DNA of 53,203 nucleotides from positions 1 through 53,203 of the forward strand of contig JAGVWA010000018.1 of assembly GCA_018304505.1 (NCBI GenBank). The letters run 5' to 3'. Within the stretch, counting starts at the first letter, position 1, and each line of letters begins with the position of its first letter. Origin of the DNA: Nanobdellati archaeon (GTDB taxonomy: Archaea; B1Sed10-29; JAGVWA01). The translations under genes and the position numbers were made by a program. The notes below the pieces were generated by a model that saw only the letters and a program-made list of their open reading frames with translations, had not been told where the DNA came from and made no database searches. Below are positions 17,207-26,462 of this stretch, in pieces.

Positions 17207-18688
17207 TTAGTATGCCTTGGCAACGTACATGACGTGCTTGGCTTCTTTGCCACAACCAATACATTTCGCGCCATTGGCAACTCTTTCTTCTTTGCCAAAC
17301 TCGATAAACTTAGTGCCTCGAACTTCGGCATGGTATGCTTCGCCGATCTTGTCCGCGCATTTCAATCCATCCTTCTCGCGCGAGCAGAAATTCACCTTGA
17401 CGAAACCGCCTTTCTCTAGCTGCTTTCCGAGCTCTTCAAAATCCGTGGCCTCGTGAGTGTTTCCTTCAAACCATTTCATGGTTTGATCCTTTAGTGTTTT
17501 CAGAATCTCAGGAACTGCTTTTTCAATGTACGTTTCCAAGTCTTTTTGCTTGATTGTTTCCTTTTTTCCATTGTCCCTGCGCGCAATCGTTAATTCATGC
17601 TTTTCAAGTTCCTTGCTGCCGATTTCAATCCTCAGTGGAGTGCCCCGCGCTTCCCAGTAGTAGTACTTAGAACCTGGGCGCTTGTCACTGTCGTCGACCT
17701 CTGTTCGGTAATCAAGTTCCCTGAGTTGCGTTTGCAAGTCATAACACTCCTGAAGTAGGGTGGTGCTATCTGCGTCGGCCTTTAAAATTGGAACGATAAC
17801 GACTTGTGTAGGCGCAAGTCCAAATGGCAGCCTTAGGCCCTTGTTGTCTCCATGCACTGAAATCAGGGCTGCATAGATTCTGGAAATGGCTGGCCCGAAC
17901 GTGGTCTGGAACGCATATTTCTCCTTCTCGTTCTCATCAAGAAATTTTATGTTGTATGACTTCGCGAAGTTCTGCCCGTAGAAATGTGTGCTCGGTAACT
18001 GTAAAACTTTCTTGTCTGGCATCAACGCGTCAGCAGCGAAACTGTGTTGCCCGCCTGCGAACTTATCCCAGTCAGGCCGGTGAAAGAAAATAATCGGCAA
18101 CCCCCATTTATCACGCAATACATCGTAAGTCATTTCCATGTCTTCCTTAACCTGGTTCCAGGCTTCTTCTGCGGTGGCGAAAACGTCATGCGCTTCTATC
18201 CAGTGAAATTCCCTGTCACGTAAGAAAGGTCGCGTGTGCTTTGTTTCATACCTCCAAACTTGGCAAGACTGATAAATCTTCAACGGCAGGTCCCTGTGGC
18301 TGCGTATCCATTGCGAGTACGTGTCGTACATCGCGGTTTCAGATGTTGGCCGCATTGCCAGCTTTTCTTCAAACTCGTCATCCGTGCCACCTTTTGTCAC
18401 CCAAAACACGTTTGGGGCAAAGTTCTCGATGTGCTCTGCTTCCTTGGCAAAGTAGTGCTCTGGAATCAATGAAGGAAAACGCGCTGGCTTGTGGCCATGA
18501 GTTTCCAGCGAGGATTCCATGTCTGCATACATTCGCTTTTCTGTAATTGCGGCATTTGGCATGTGGACTATGAAGCCCTTCAAGCGGTACCTTTGGTCTG
18601 CCAGCTCGGCGTAACTGACGATTTCAGTAAACCATTCTGAGAAATTCTTTTCCTTATCGATGTTAAATCCCTTGTCTTCCTCTGCCAT
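17207..18688 (-). CDS. proS: Prolyl-tRNA synthetase (archaeal/eukaryotic type)
   Basis: RPTSET, RYETKHTRPFLRDREFHW.EAH, C-terminal Zn site and AKAY end. Confidence 0.97.
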   Translation of the reverse strand: MAEEDKGFNIDKEKNFSEWFTEIVSYAELADQRYRLKGFIVHMPNAAITEKRMYADMESSLETHGHKPARFPSLIPEHYFAKEAEHIENFAPNVFWVTKGGTDDEFEEKLAMRPTSETAMYDTYSQWIRSHRDLPLKIYQSCQVWRYETKHTRPFLRDREFHWIEAHDVFATAEEAWNQVKEDMEMTYDVLRDKWGLPIIFFHRPDWDKFAGGQHSFAADALMPDKKVLQLPSTHFYGQNFAKSYNIKFLDENEKEKYAFQTTFGPAISRIYAALISVHGDNKGLRLPFGLAPTQVVIVPILKADADSTTLLQECYDLQTQLRELDYRTEVDDSDKRPGSKYYYWEARGTPLRIEIGSKELEKHELTIARRDNGKKETIKQKDLETYIEKAVPEILKTLKDQTMKWFEGNTHEATDFEELGKQLEKGGFVKVNFCSREKDGLKCADKIGEAYHAEVRGTKFIEFGKEERVANGAKCIGCGKEAKHVMYVAKAY

Positions 18689-18774
18689 GCAATTGATTCA
18701 GTCAAACTGAGTTTAAATAAGTTTGGAAGTGTGGTACGCGTACATTTATAAAGTTTGAGTTCAATAAAGGCTGC

Positions 18775-19353
18775 ATGAAGAAAGCAGTGATGCTGGTACT
18801 TTTAATTCTGTTAATTGCAGGCTGTACCAGCAATTCAAATAGCCAAACTTATTCTACAAGTTATTCTACAGACATACTCAGTTCACAAAATGAAAGCATT
18901 CAAGTAAACACAAGCTCAAATGCAGGAGAGGATAAAATGACAAATGAGAAGACAGCACAAAATGGCGACACGGTCAAGGTGCATTACACTGGTCGGCTCA
19001 AAGATGGCACTGTGTTCGATAGCAGTGAAGGCCGAGACCCGTTACAAGTTACCCTAGGCAGCAGCATGGTGATTCCAGGATTCAACGACGGAATTCTTAA
19101 CATGAAAATTGGGGAGAAAAAGACTGTTGAGATTCCAGTAGACCAGGCGTATGGCCCTGTTGACCCAATGAGGTTTATGAATGTTGAGCCGGCAGAGCTC
19201 CCGGGTGCAGAAGTTGGCAGGATGATCCAGGCAAACAACGGCATGATCGGAGTCATTACAGAAGTGTACCCTGACAGGATTGTGGTAGACTTCAATCATC
19301 AGCTTGCTGGCAAAGACCTGATTTTCGAAATCGAACTGGTTGAAATCGCATGA
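18775..19353 (+). CDS. FKBP-type (SlyD-like) PPIase with lipoprotein signal
   Basis: GDTVKVHYTG, FDSS, IPGF, AYG, DFNH.LAGK.L.F; N-terminal LLIAG-C lipobox. Confidence 0.9.
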   Translation: MKKAVMLVLLILLIAGCTSNSNSQTYSTSYSTDILSSQNESIQVNTSSNAGEDKMTNEKTAQNGDTVKVHYTGRLKDGTVFDSSEGRDPLQVTLGSSMVIPGFNDGILNMKIGEKKTVEIPVDQAYGPVDPMRFMNVEPAELPGAEVGRMIQANNGMIGVITEVYPDRIVVDFNHQLAGKDLIFEIELVEIA

Positions 19354-19466
19354 CGCAATCGGGACTTATAAATAACTGAATTGTGCTGTACGTTTTCTCT
19401 TTGCGTACATTAAAAAATCAGAATTGAGATCTCTGAGTTGATATATAGTTGAGAGAGGATGCTTAA

Positions 19467-19865
19467 CTATTTGACACGCTGCACGAATCGCTGTCCCATG
19501 ACAGCCTGTACCTCGACCTCTGACCCCGCCTGTATCTTGCTTCTGAATTCGGCAGGTATCTCGGATTCGTAGGTCTCGAAGCTTTCCATGTCCATCAGTT
19601 GCCATTTTCCATTGCCAACATCAGCCACTGCTGATGCGGTTTCTTTCTTTAGAACAGGCACCTTGACCCTGTGCCCTGTCGGCGACAGTAATGTCTTCTT
19701 TTTGCCCGTAAAAAGCGAGACGCCCTCAATACGCGCTTTTGCTTCCCCATGCTTTCCTGGTTTTGAAATAGAAATGCTTGTAACCCTGCACGGATCTTCT
19801 TCAATGATAATGTAGCGTCCTTCCCTTGCTTCCTTTGCTTCGATTACTGTATACTCTTCTGGCAT
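19467..19865 (-). CDS. eif5a: Translation factor aIF5A
   Basis: SKPGKHGEAKAR hypusine loop, QLMDME.FE. Confidence 0.96.
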   Translation of the reverse strand: MPEEYTVIEAKEAREGRYIIIEEDPCRVTSISISKPGKHGEAKARIEGVSLFTGKKKTLLSPTGHRVKVPVLKKETASAVADVGNGKWQLMDMESFETYESEIPAEFRSKIQAGSEVEVQAVMGQRFVQRVK

Positions 19866-19877
19866 TTTGTTCTCCCC

Positions 19878-20876
19878 CTATTCGTTTTCATCGTATTTCT
19901 TTATTCCTAGATAGTATGATGAAAAGAGCCCGCCAAAGGTCAGCAACCAATATGAGATGAGCCTATCGACCATTGTAGCGGTTCCTGCTAATAATAATGA
20001 AATGCCGGACGAAGTATAAATAAGTATCATTGCGCCCTCAACCAAGCCCAACCCGCCGGGAAGCAATGGGATCAAGCCAGCAAGCGGTGCAAGAACCAAC
20101 ATTATTAGGATGAGCTTTGGGTTAACTGCTGCGCCCAGGGCGAGGAAAACAAAGTACACGCGCAATACGTCTGAAACCCACATTATGCTTGAGTAGAAAA
20201 TGCCCCAGCCCCAGAGGCGTTTCTTTTTCAGGAAGGCCTTAACAGTTTCAGAGTACGCCGACACGTCATCTTTGAGTTTTTTTCTCAGGGGCTTGAGCAT
20301 ATCGAATTTCTTAACAAAGAGAGAAACAATACCCGAGCTGATGTCATGCGTTATAGAAAGGTATGTGATAAAAAACATTATCAGTAATGTCAGAACTAGT
20401 GACACTGTCAATGCGATGCTGACCCAGTCCGGCAAAAAGAAGCTTGACAATACAAAGAACAGCGTTATGATTGTAACAAGAAAGAACGAGAACTGATCAA
20501 ATATCCGGTCAGTGATGATAGTTGCTAGGCTTTGAGCAGTGTCTGCTGTGCTGTGTTTCCTAAGAAAAAATGTCCGCACTGGCTCTCCGCCAAGGCGGGA
20601 AGACGGGGTTATGTTGCTAAATGCTATGCCTGAGAGCGTTGAGTTAAACAATTTCCACCGGTCGGTTTTAATTCCGTCGTACTCAACGATCTTCGCCCAG
20701 CGCATGTTTGTGGCCCATACTGCTATGACCTGGAAAAACAGCGCATACCCCAAATAGGCCGGCTGCGCATTCCTCAGGACACTCATGATGTTTTCCACGC
20801 CAAAGCCTGCGCCAAATGCGAATGAAATGACGATGCCGGCAACCAGCGTGTAGACTATGAGCCTTTCCGGCTTCAT
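19878..20876 (-). CDS. UPF0104/LPG synthase TM (flippase-like) membrane protein
   Basis: RW, NITP..RLGGEPVR, PGGLG.VE, DRLISYW motifs. Confidence 0.88.
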   Translation of the reverse strand: MKPERLIVYTLVAGIVISFAFGAGFGVENIMSVLRNAQPAYLGYALFFQVIAVWATNMRWAKIVEYDGIKTDRWKLFNSTLSGIAFSNITPSSRLGGEPVRTFFLRKHSTADTAQSLATIITDRIFDQFSFFLVTIITLFFVLSSFFLPDWVSIALTVSLVLTLLIMFFITYLSITHDISSGIVSLFVKKFDMLKPLRKKLKDDVSAYSETVKAFLKKKRLWGWGIFYSSIMWVSDVLRVYFVFLALGAAVNPKLILIMLVLAPLAGLIPLLPGGLGLVEGAMILIYTSSGISLLLAGTATMVDRLISYWLLTFGGLFSSYYLGIKKYDENE

Positions 20877-20925
20877 GAGCTATTAGTGGAAGTAGTATTA
20901 TATAAACTCTATCAGTAATTCAGGC

Positions 20926-21666
20926 ATGATCGACACGCACTGCCATCTTGACGTTAAGCAGTTCAACAAGGATCGCGATGACGTTATTGAACGGGCAAGG
21001 CAGCAGCTACGTTATGTAATAAACCCCGCGACTGATTTTGGGTCGAACATTAGGGTCCAGCAAATCCAAAAGCAGCATAGGGGATTCGTGTTCGCGTGCA
21101 TGGCCCTTGACCCAGTGAATTTCGTGAAACAGCAGGACCGACAAAATGAATTTATCGAGCTGGCGAGGCAGCACAGCAACGACATCGTGGCGATTGGAGA
21201 AGTCGGTTTAGATTATTATTGGCTGCCCGACAAAAAGGGGGTACAGCAAAGCAACTTTATAGCTATGATAGAGCTCGCGAACGAGCTCAAGAAAACGCTT
21301 GTGATACATTCACGCAACGCAATGGAAGACGCACTGGAAATATTGGAGCGGCACGCAAATACCAGGGTTGTGATGCACTGCTTCTCAGGCAACAAGACGC
21401 AGATGAAGAGGTGCTGGGACAGCAATTACATAACCAGTTTTGCAACAAGCATTTGCCGCATGGGCAAAGTTTTAAGTAAAAGCCTTGATTTAGACAAGAT
21501 TGTAGTGGAAACCGATTCCCCGTATCTGAATCCTGTAAGCACCGAGCGCAACGAGCCAGTAAACGTAAAGTACGCGATTCAAAAGATCGCGGAAAAAACA
21601 GGAACAACGTTTGAGGAAATCGAAGCCATTACTGATAAAAACGCTATGAGGGCCTTTAATTTGTAG
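20926..21666 (+). CDS. tatD: TatD family DNase
   Basis: IDTHCHL, AIGEVGLDY, IHSR, HCFSG, ETDSPY. Confidence 0.93.
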   Translation: MIDTHCHLDVKQFNKDRDDVIERARQQLRYVINPATDFGSNIRVQQIQKQHRGFVFACMALDPVNFVKQQDRQNEFIELARQHSNDIVAIGEVGLDYYWLPDKKGVQQSNFIAMIELANELKKTLVIHSRNAMEDALEILERHANTRVVMHCFSGNKTQMKRCWDSNYITSFATSICRMGKVLSKSLDLDKIVVETDSPYLNPVSTERNEPVNVKYAIQKIAEKTGTTFEEIEAITDKNAMRAFNL

Positions 21667-21674
21667 GGATAAAA

Positions 21675-22136
21675 ATGCTGTTTAGAACATTTGGAAATTT
21701 CTTAAGAAGAAACACGCGAAAACGAATCGGGGTGCTGGTTGACGGCCCCAACATGCTACGCAAGGAATTCGACTTTGACTTTAATAAGATAAAGCAAGAG
21801 CTGCACCAATTCGGGGACATAAGGATAGCCCGGGTCTTCCTCAATCAGTTCGCGCCAGGAAAACTGATAGAGGCAGTGACAAACCAGGGCTTTCAGCCGA
21901 TCATGATCACTACCGGGGACGTGGATGCGCCAATGGCTGCAGAAGCCATGGAAATAGTTTACAATAACAACATAGACATGCTTTGCTTAATGACCCGGGA
22001 CAGTGACTTTCAACCAGTGCTGCAAAAGGCAAAGGCCCATGGTAAGGAAACAATCGTGATTGGGGGAAAACCATTTTCAGTAGCGTTAAAAAACACGGCG
22101 GACCACATAATAATGCTTAAGGATCTAAGCAAGTGA
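21675..22136 (+). CDS. NYN domain protein (TIGR00288-like)
   Basis: VDGPNMLR, GDVD, TRDSDF.P, FS.ALKN.AD. Confidence 0.88.
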   Translation: MLFRTFGNFLRRNTRKRIGVLVDGPNMLRKEFDFDFNKIKQELHQFGDIRIARVFLNQFAPGKLIEAVTNQGFQPIMITTGDVDAPMAAEAMEIVYNNNIDMLCLMTRDSDFQPVLQKAKAHGKETIVIGGKPFSVALKNTADHIIMLKDLSK

Positions 22137-22194
22137 CAATTAATGATCAACTATATAAGTGATGTATTTTAAGATGTAATTTAAGTGATGTATT

Positions 22195-22797
22195 ATGAAC
22201 ATAGCAGCGGGGACAGAACTCGAAACCGGCAAGCAGATCGGGAGCTTCGATGCAAAGTCCTATATTACACGCTTAATGGCGGACTCATTCAGCGGATATT
22301 TGTGCGCAACAGTAGAAGAAAAGCACGGATTTGAAGAGGGCATCCTGCTATTTAATGCCGGGCAACTAACGCTGGCAGAGTACGAGTACTTTCACTTTTC
22401 AAGGGTCTACAAGGGCAAGGAAGCGCTAGACCGGGCACTTAATGCACTGACCGCAAACAGCGGCATAATGGATACTTATTCGCTGACGTCGCAGGAAACG
22501 CAACTCGCCATGTCCTTAAACGCTGAATCGATCATACCCCAGATAATAACAGTACGCGATTTCAAGATGCCTCAAGCTTTTTCACGGACATATGAAGAGC
22601 AGTTGTTGGAGCAAAAGCAGGAAGAATTTGGAAAGCAACAATTATTAAAGAAGATGGGCATAACTAAAAGGAGAGAAGTGACAAACGAACAGCTCCTCGA
22701 CAAGTCAAGGGACGAGCAGAAAGAAGAAATCGAAATGTCCGAAGCAGCGGAAACAGATGAATCCGGGGCAATGCAAGACGATGAATCTGAATCATAA
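22195..22797 (+). CDS. DUF2226 domain protein
   Basis: FSGY, EEGILLF..G, GKEAL, LLKKMGI patterns; upstream of minD. Confidence 0.7.
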   Translation: MNIAAGTELETGKQIGSFDAKSYITRLMADSFSGYLCATVEEKHGFEEGILLFNAGQLTLAEYEYFHFSRVYKGKEALDRALNALTANSGIMDTYSLTSQETQLAMSLNAESIIPQIITVRDFKMPQAFSRTYEEQLLEQKQEEFGKQQLLKKMGITKRREVTNEQLLDKSRDEQKEEIEMSEAAETDESGAMQDDESES

Positions 22798-22803
22798 AAT
22801 ATG

Positions 22804-22844
22804 AATTCGAAACAATGAACAATTAATTCGAAACAATGAACAAT
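22804..22844. repeat. 20-bp direct repeat AATTCGAAACAATGAACAAT x2
   Basis: Copies at 22804-22823 and 22825-22844. Confidence 0.85.
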
Positions 22845-22865
22845 GAATTGAATCAACACATGTGA

Positions 22866-23318
22866 TTGAAAATGGGCGTATTTTTGTCAAAACTCATCGG
22901 GAAATCAACACGCGCAGAGCGCGAAAGGAAAAAAGCTGCATTCATAAGAGAGCTATTAAGAATAAAGAGCCTGAGAAACCAAAAGGCAAAGCCGGATGAA
23001 TACATAAAGAACCTCGCGCATGACTTCCTGATTGATGAGATGACCGTTACGAAAAAAGATGGCTCTGTATTGCTGACGACCGACAAGACGAATGCATTCA
23101 AAAAAGCAGTAGCCAGCTCAAGCGTCTATGAATTCATAAAGTCAGAATACCCTGATTCTAAAATGCTGACAATAAAAGACGATGACCATTACAACATAAT
23201 CTACTCAGAGGGAAACCTTATCTACATAATGAAAAGCACGGGCGAGATAACGCCCATAGAGACAAAGAAAATCGTCGAGTACGTAAATGGAAAGCTAAAT
23301 AAAGCAGCGATAGCATAA
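22866..23318 (+). CDS. Hypothetical protein, possible roadblock/profilin-like fold
   Basis: Helix, beta-hairpin (VTKKDGSVL), helix, 3 strands, helix pattern; likely start ATG 22872. Confidence 0.55.
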   Translation: MKMGVFLSKLIGKSTRAERERKKAAFIRELLRIKSLRNQKAKPDEYIKNLAHDFLIDEMTVTKKDGSVLLTTDKTNAFKKAVASSSVYEFIKSEYPDSKMLTIKDDDHYNIIYSEGNLIYIMKSTGEITPIETKKIVEYVNGKLNKAAIA

Positions 23319-23376
23319 TACAACAAGGAATGCAGAATGCACAACTTGCGCGCAGAAAAATAAAGAAAAGATAAAC

Positions 23377-24255
23377 ATGACGAGAACAATCGCAATCGTT
23401 TCTGGAAAAGGGGGAGTTGGAAAAACAACCATAGTGGCGAACCTAGGCCTTGCGCTTGCGTCACTTGGAAAATCAGTAATACTTCTGGACGCTGACCTGG
23501 ACATGGCAAATCTTGAATTAGCCCTGGACATGGCTGGCAGACCAATCACCATGCAAGAGGTGCTAACAGGGGAATCAACAATAGCAGACGCTACATACGA
23601 GGTTGCAACCAACATGAAATTCATACCCGCGGGCGTGTCAATCGAGCAGTACCGACGCGTGGATCCTGAAAAACTCGCCAAAGTCGTTGCAGAGGTGTCG
23701 ACGCAAGCTGATTTTGTGTTGATAGATTGCCCTGCAGGCATTGGGCGAGACACCATGGCGTGCCTCAGCGCAGCCAAGGAAAACATCATAATCGCAATGC
23801 CAGAGACCATGAGCGCAGTCGACGCGTTCAAGACAAAAATGACTGGAGAAAAGATGGGCTCAGAAACCATAGGTCTGGCAATCAACCAGATACGAAAAAT
23901 CAGGGGTGAGGAGTCTGAACGAGACATGCAAACAATGCTCGAAGCGCCAATAATAGCCAGGATTCCTTATGATAACGATTTAAAGATATCTATCCTTGAA
24001 AAAAAACCGCTGTTTACCAGAAAACCGAACTCGCCGGCAATGATCGAAATTGCCAAGATAGCTGCACACCTAACCGGAATCGAGTTCAAGCCCCCAGAGA
24101 AGGGGCCAGGATTGCTTCAAAGTATCCTCTCAAAATTACCATTTGGAAGAAAGACTGAAAAGCCAAACTCGCAAGCAACACAATCCGCAAAGCAAACACA
24201 GCAAGCAACAAAGCTAGCTATGCAAGCAAAGGTAATACAAGGAAACAAAAAATAA
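23377..24255 (+). CDS. minD: MinD family ATPase
   Basis: Deviant Walker A SGKGGVGKTT, DADLDMANL, IDCPAG; amphipathic GLLQSILSKLPF near the C-terminus. Confidence 0.93.
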   Translation: MTRTIAIVSGKGGVGKTTIVANLGLALASLGKSVILLDADLDMANLELALDMAGRPITMQEVLTGESTIADATYEVATNMKFIPAGVSIEQYRRVDPEKLAKVVAEVSTQADFVLIDCPAGIGRDTMACLSAAKENIIIAMPETMSAVDAFKTKMTGEKMGSETIGLAINQIRKIRGEESERDMQTMLEAPIIARIPYDNDLKISILEKKPLFTRKPNSPAMIEIAKIAAHLTGIEFKPPEKGPGLLQSILSKLPFGRKTEKPNSQATQSAKQTQQATKLAMQAKVIQGNKK

Positions 24256-24275
24256 AAAAAAAGAGGAAGGAGAGA

Positions 24276-24506
24276 ATGAACGACATGAACATAAGCAGGC
24301 CGTTCGATTTACTCAACAATGCCATAGGAAAACCAGTGCTCCTAAAGCTAAAGGGCAACAAGCAATTCAGGGGAAAGCTCCAGGCATTTGACCAGCACAT
24401 GAATGTGGTGCTTGAGGAAGTCGACGAGTTAGAAGATGGAAAAAAAATAGAAACAATAGGCAAGGCGCTCATCAGGGGAGACACAATAATTTACATCGCT
24501 CCATGA
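24276..24506 (+). CDS. Sm-like (LSm) RNA-binding protein
   Basis: RP.DLL, G.L.AFD.HMN.VL, LIRGD.I. Confidence 0.95.
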   Translation: MNDMNISRPFDLLNNAIGKPVLLKLKGNKQFRGKLQAFDQHMNVVLEEVDELEDGKKIETIGKALIRGDTIIYIAP

Positions 24507-24574
24507 ATCAACAAGAGCAACTGTTTTTAAGGCCAAAAAGCACAATGAATAGCGAAAGCAATTTGGCGAAAACT

Positions 24575-24646
24575 GGGCTCGTGGTTCAGCGGAAGAACGC
24601 TCGGCTGGCAGCCGAGAAGTCGGGGGTTCAAATCCCTCCGAGTCCA
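24575..24646 (+). tRNA. tRNA-Ala(GGC)
   Basis: GGGCTCG/CGAGTCC with G3:U70 and A73; CTCGG-CTGGCAG-CCGAG anticodon arm; GGTTCAAATCC. Confidence 0.95.
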
Positions 24647-24654
24647 TAAGAGGG

Positions 24655-24729
24655 GCTTCGCTTGCAACGAAACTTCGTTTCGTTGAAGATTTGAAAAACA
24701 AGTTTTTTCAAATTTGGCAAACGCGAAGC
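24655..24729. repeat. Branched palindromic element (Y-shaped hairpin) after tRNA-Ala
   Basis: Outer GCTTCGC/GCGAAGC; inner CAACGAAAC/GTTTCGTTG and ATTTGAAAAA/TTTTTCAAAT. Confidence 0.75.
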
Positions 24730-24762
24730 ATTCTGCGTGCAATGAAATATCGCACGGGGGTA

Positions 24763-25032
24763 TTAATATCGATATGGATTAGACGCGCCTGTTTCTGGTT
24801 TTCCACGTAGTGCCTTGGCGTCAGCAAGAATGCGCCGCACTTTTTCAGGATCTGTAACCCCTATAGCTGTGAGGCCTGCAAGCAAATCCCGCGGGGTGCT
24901 TGGCCGTTTCCCGGTTTGCTCTTCAATCTTTTTGGCGGTTGTGATGTACAAATCCCCTGGGCGTGGCTCCCCTTTTTTGATTCTCGCCTGAGCTGTTGCT
25001 CGCCGCTGCGCGTATGGATCAATTACTGCCAT
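24763..25032 (-). CDS. Hypothetical basic protein
   Basis: 89-aa ORF filling the gap, AT-rich promoter-like region upstream. Confidence 0.5.
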   Translation of the reverse strand: MAVIDPYAQRRATAQARIKKGEPRPGDLYITTAKKIEEQTGKRPSTPRDLLAGLTAIGVTDPEKVRRILADAKALRGKPETGASNPYRY

Positions 25033-25099
25033 ATTAGAATCAAGTTACAGGCATTAAAAAACGTTACTATGCACTGATTGACCAAGCCGCGACGATTAA

Positions 25100-25654
25100 T
25101 TAAGCTGCAGGTGTGGGCACGTAATTCTTGTTTGGCTTTACTTCAATTCTGAATGTACCGGGGAGTTTTCGTGCCGCCCTTGCTAGGCCTTCACGCGCTA
25201 CCTTGTCGTGCTTTTCATCAGTGTAGATAGATGCAACCGGAGTCCCTGGACGCAGTCGCGCAGCCCTGCCCTTGACCTTGCCAAATGACAACCTCATTCC
25301 AGTGCTCAGACGGTCAGCGCCTGCCCCTGAAGCCATTGTGTGCTCCCTAATAACCTCATGCGGAAACAAGCGCATCTTGTAGTAATAATTCTCCTTCAAA
25401 ATCTTCTTTTCAAAAACCTTGTTAGAGAAAGTACGTGCTGCTTCAAGCGAGTTATCCCTCGCAAGGATAGTCACATTCGGCATTAAATTATATTGCATGC
25501 TGAACTCCGACAGCTTTGTAGGGCTCCCTAAGTCATACTTCCTGATCCGTGAGTCAGGTACACCTCGGATGAAAGCCTTGCGCTGCTTTTTCCTCGCAGT
25601 CCTGCTCCATGACCTCAGTAACCCTCTTAAGGTGTGCGCTGGTCTTAGTCCCAT
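25100..25654 (-). CDS. rpl10e: Ribosomal protein L10e (uL16)
   Basis: MGLRPA, LEAAR, GAGADRLS.GMR.SFGK..G.AAR, KLP. Confidence 0.95.
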   Translation of the reverse strand: MGLRPAHTLRGLLRSWSRTARKKQRKAFIRGVPDSRIRKYDLGSPTKLSEFSMQYNLMPNVTILARDNSLEAARTFSNKVFEKKILKENYYYKMRLFPHEVIREHTMASGAGADRLSTGMRLSFGKVKGRAARLRPGTPVASIYTDEKHDKVAREGLARAARKLPGTFRIEVKPNKNYVPTPAA

Positions 25655-25777
25655 TTTGTCTACCTCAAAATCTACCTATAAAAGTAGTGAATACTTTGTC
25701 ATTCCTCAAATATAAAAGCATTGCGGTGTTCCTACTGCCATTCTGAAATGATTTAATCCTGTATATCGCTCTGTATA

Positions 25778-26299
25778 TCATTCTATATTCTCTTCAAAAT
25801 TACTTTTGAAGGTTTGAAACACTTCCTTAACATTGGGTACATGCTTCATCATGTGTCGTTGTTCGCCGCGCCCAAAAATCCAAAAATTCCGCGAGGGGGA
25901 CGGCGTCGAAATTATTATGGTTCCAGAATCCCTATTGAACAACGCATCAAATGCGCTCTTGTGAAGTTTTATGTCCTTTATTTGGCTGAAGCTGATCCTT
26001 TTTGGGTCTTCCCATGCCCCCTGGAGCACAGCACCCTTATTTGTAATCAAATAATGTTCATTTTTATGGTAGTATAGAATAAACCAGATTAAAAAAAGAT
26101 TGAGTAGAAGCTTAAAAACGAGGCTAGGAGATAGTGATTCCCATTTTAGTTCCCCTCCCTCTGGCAAAATAAGATTAATCACAAGCACTAAAATGAATAT
26201 TGGCACTATGGCGTTTTTAATAAAGAATGGCCAGAACTCGGGTTTTCCTTTCCAAAGAACCGTTTCATTAATGCCTACTAACCCATCGATTTCATTCAT
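25778..26299 (-). CDS. Membrane protein with bacterial PH domain
   Basis: E.VLW.GKP, 2 TM, Y.IT.K, I.DI.L.KS.FD.LF..GTI.I; AT-rich. Confidence 0.75.
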   Translation of the reverse strand: MNEIDGLVGINETVLWKGKPEFWPFFIKNAIVPIFILVLVINLILPEGGELKWESLSPSLVFKLLLNLFLIWFILYYHKNEHYLITNKGAVLQGAWEDPKRISFSQIKDIKLHKSAFDALFNRDSGTIIISTPSPSRNFWIFGRGEQRHMMKHVPNVKEVFQTFKSNFEENIE

Positions 26300-26392
26300 C
26301 CCACCTACTTTGGCATACCCTATTTATTAATCCCCCATATTGACGTGGCCCTAAGGAAAACCTTTATATACAAACAGCTCCACAAGAAAATC

Positions 26393-26462
26393 ACTCATTA
26401 TCGAGTAACATCAAATGTTCGCCGAAAGAGCGAGAATGATGACGAGGGGAGATGAAAATCAC
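26393..26462 (+). promoter_or_regulatory. Structured 5' leader of rpl15e (candidate r-protein leader)
   Basis: TATA at 26363-26370; TCATTAT/ATGATGA stem enclosing AACAT/ATGTT and TCGC/GCGA hairpins. Confidence 0.45.

Noticed and set aside
18689-18774. Pro-rich leader peptide before proS
   Set aside because: The gap is only 86 bp, holds divergent TATA boxes and has no such ORF.
22804-22844. Direct repeat as regulatory or mobile element
   Set aside because: Most simply a local slippage duplication in an A-rich spacer.
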